Source: Candidatus Eiseniibacteriota bacterium
GTDB lineage: Bacteria; Eisenbacteria; RBG-16-71-46; CAIMUX01; VGJL01
NCBI GenBank assembly: GCA_963792585.1
Contig: CAWBWI010000003.1
Span: 224,001 to 288,000, forward strand
Direction: 5' to 3'
DNA: 64,000 nucleotides
Shown: positions 62,057 through 64,000 of the stretch, in pieces
Layout of the letters: the number at the start of each line of letters is the position of its first letter
How positions within the stretch are numbered: position 1 is the stretch's first letter
Made by a program: the position numbers and the translations under genes
Notes under the pieces: model-generated
What the model saw: only the letters and a program-made list of their open reading frames with translations
Databases searched by the model: none
Told to the model about the DNA's origin: nothing

Positions 62057-62238
62057 TCCTCCACATCAATGGACATCCGATCTCATTGCGACACAATGAG
62101 ATGTGCTCTCATCCCCACGGAGATGATGCACTTGTCCACACTCCGGGGATAACCGGGAAACGCGCCCCTGGATCAGTGTGGCTGACGTCCGCCGGGACGC
62201 GCGTGGGCTGCGATGTTTTGTGGAGAGTGTGTTGGTAA
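62057..62238. promoter_or_regulatory. Secondary cluster of DnaA-box-like 9-mers plus a 9-bp inverted repeat
   Basis: TTGTCCACA 62132, CGGGGATAA 62144, TCCTCCACA 62057, TCATCCCCA 62109, TGTGGAGAG 62219, TGTTGGTAA 62230; ATCTCATTG-N5-CAATGAGAT 62080-62102. Confidence 0.55.
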
Positions 62239-62407
62239 CCTGTGGCCCCGCTTTCCGATCCGTGGCCTCAAGGAGACGGCCCAGCCCTCCGTTGACGAAG
62301 GTCGGCGCGGCCCCCTATAGTCGCCAGGGAAGATGCCTCCTTGCGTGGGGCTGTGGCCGAGCGAGATCCACCGCCAGGGGGTTGGGGTGATGGATGGAGG
62401 GGTGGAG

Positions 62408-64000
62408 ATGAGACGCGTTCACTGGGTGCTGCCGGTTTTCCTGATGGTCGCCGGGATCACGATTTTCGCTTCGTGTTCCGAGAAGGCCGTGACTGCGACC
62501 AACGAGGATACCACCGGGCCGGAAACCCGGCTCATCTATCCGATCCCGGCCTCTACGACCCTAATCGATGTTTCCGACTCCTTGGACATCTACATCGGCG
62601 CCAAGGACAACCTCGAGATTGCGAAAGTCGAGGTCTGGGCGAAGGCCGAAAGCCAGGAGGAGGCGAATCTCATCGCCACCCTCACGACACCGCTGGCGTC
62701 GAGCCAGATTCCCGACAGCTTGCGCCCGACCGACGGGACCCCGGTCTACAAGACGAAGTGGATTACCCGCGAAATCCTCAATGGCACGGTGGTTCACTTG
62801 TTCAGCCGGGCAATTGATTCGGCGGAGAACATGACGCGCTCCGAGCCCGTCGTTGTTCGGATCCTGAATCAGGGCGGCAATCTTCGGCCGCCTCGTCCCC
62901 AGATCACCGCCGATCCTCGTGCCGGCACGCTCGAGACATTCTTCACCTTCGACGCCTCCGGAACGCAGGACGACATCGACAGCCCCGAGCAGATCGTAGT
63001 GCGATGGGACTTCGACGGCGACGGTGTGTGGGAGCACGACTGGGCGGAGGAAGTCCCCGCCACCGCACCCGTCACGTACAAGTACCAGTCCTCCGCCCAG
63101 TACACTGTTGTCGTCGAGGCGAGGAACACGTATCTGACGAGCCAGACGGGAACTGCCACGCTGCTGATCGAGGTCACGAACGTCGGGGGGGATCCAAGAC
63201 CGCTCGAGCCGGACAACATGATCCTCATCCCCGCCGGCATCTACCACGTCGGCGCCGCGGACAGCATCGGCTCCAATCGGAACGAACGACCCCTCCACGA
63301 AGTTCGCATCACGGCGGCCTTCAATATCGAGAGGACCGAAGTGCCTAACCATCTCTACATTCGGTTCCTCAAGTCCGCTATGACCTCCGATCCGCCGCTC
63401 GTGCGGCGCGACGCGAGCCGTTTGGTCCTCTACCGGAATGTCGCGGAACCGGTCGAACCGGACTCGGTACCGGTCGTCTGCGTCGATTTCACCAAGTCGG
63501 CCCTCTACTACGATCCCGATGGGGACTCCGTAGCCGTCCGCCCCGCAGATCGTGAGCTCCCGATGGTCGGGGTGAGTTGGTATGGGGCGAAGGCGTATGC
63601 GGAATGGTTCGGTCTGCGGCTTCCAACCGAGCACGAGTGGGAAGTCGCCGCCAAGGCCGACTCGATCTACTTCACGTATCCGTGGGGCACGACGATTCGA
63701 CCGGACCAAGCGAACTACAATGCGGATCCGGGACAGCCGAAAGCGCTGAAGCAGCGCGGCTCCTATCCGGACGCGAAGAGCCCCTTCGGCCTTCTTGACA
63801 TGTCGGGAAACACGGCTGAATGGGTGAAGGATTGGTATAGCGATTACCCGTCCGACCAGGTGACGAACCCCGAGGGCCCGATCACCGGCGAGTTGAAGGT
63901 CATCAGGGGCGGGAGCTACCTCCGGAGCTTTGCGGAAGTCCGGGTGACGGTGCGTCAAGCCGACTCGCCAACGACAACGTCGGGAGAGGTGGGTTTCCGC
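62408..64000 (+). CDS. Predicted lipoprotein with Ig-like, PKD-like and FGE-sulfatase (SUMF1) domains; runs off the window end and is absent from the ORF track
   Basis: MRRVHWVLPVFLMVAGITIFASC lipobox-like start; FTFDASGT.D and WDFDGDG (PKD); ERPLHEV, RLPTEHEWE.AA, YPWG, GLLDMSGN..EW..DWY, RGGSY. Confidence 0.88.
   Translation, partial: MRRVHWVLPVFLMVAGITIFASCSEKAVTATNEDTTGPETRLIYPIPASTTLIDVSDSLDIYIGAKDNLEIAKVEVWAKAESQEEANLIATLTTPLASSQIPDSLRPTDGTPVYKTKWITREILNGTVVHLFSRAIDSAENMTRSEPVVVRILNQGGNLRPPRPQITADPRAGTLETFFTFDASGTQDDIDSPEQIVVRWDFDGDGVWEHDWAEEVPATAPVTYKYQSSAQYTVVVEARNTYLTSQTGTATLLIEVTNVGGDPRPLEPDNMILIPAGIYHVGAADSIGSNRNERPLHEVRITAAFNIERTEVPNHLYIRFLKSAMTSDPPLVRRDASRLVLYRNVAEPVEPDSVPVVCVDFTKSALYYDPDGDSVAVRPADRELPMVGVSWYGAKAYAEWFGLRLPTEHEWEVAAKADSIYFTYPWGTTIRPDQANYNADPGQPKALKQRGSYPDAKSPFGLLDMSGNTAEWVKDWYSDYPSDQVTNPEGPITGELKVIRGGSYLRSFAEVRVTVRQADSPTTTSGEVGFR

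Overview
GC-rich bacterial chromosomal window that spans the replication origin. The core block is dnaA-dnaN-dciA(DUF721)-gyrB-gyrA-rex-ileS on the minus strand, diverging from rpmH-rnpA-yidD-yidC-rsmG-parS-parA-parB-M23-bactofilin on the plus strand. Further left are housekeeping and envelope genes: tyrS, an LPS cluster (O-antigen ligase, three GT9, MsbA-like), archease-rtcB, htrA-like, alkaline phosphatase, yceI, queF, pstSCAB-phoU, sppA, a Btu-like ABC transporter, TPM-NTase-lemA, an orphan TaqI-like adenine methyltransferase, and several secreted proteins with FlgD-Ig/T9SS-like C-termini. These tails suggest an FCB-group candidate lineage such as Eisenbacteria (inference only). I found no rRNA, tRNA, CRISPR array or mobile element. 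Essential genes between about 43.9 and 52 kb carry many frameshifts, most simply explained as uncorrected long-read indels. The most notable signals are: (1) a TPM / degenerate nucleotidyltransferase / LemA module coupled to ileS; (2) an IleRS with both class I signature motifs altered (GVHH, PMHKS); (3) a GyrA with a non-canonical QRDR; (4) repeated leaderless-type starts and compact bidirectional promoters; (5) a bipartite oriC with DnaA-trio-like repeats; (6) a second DnaA-box cluster about 7 kb away. All calls come from reading motifs by eye; no database searches were run.
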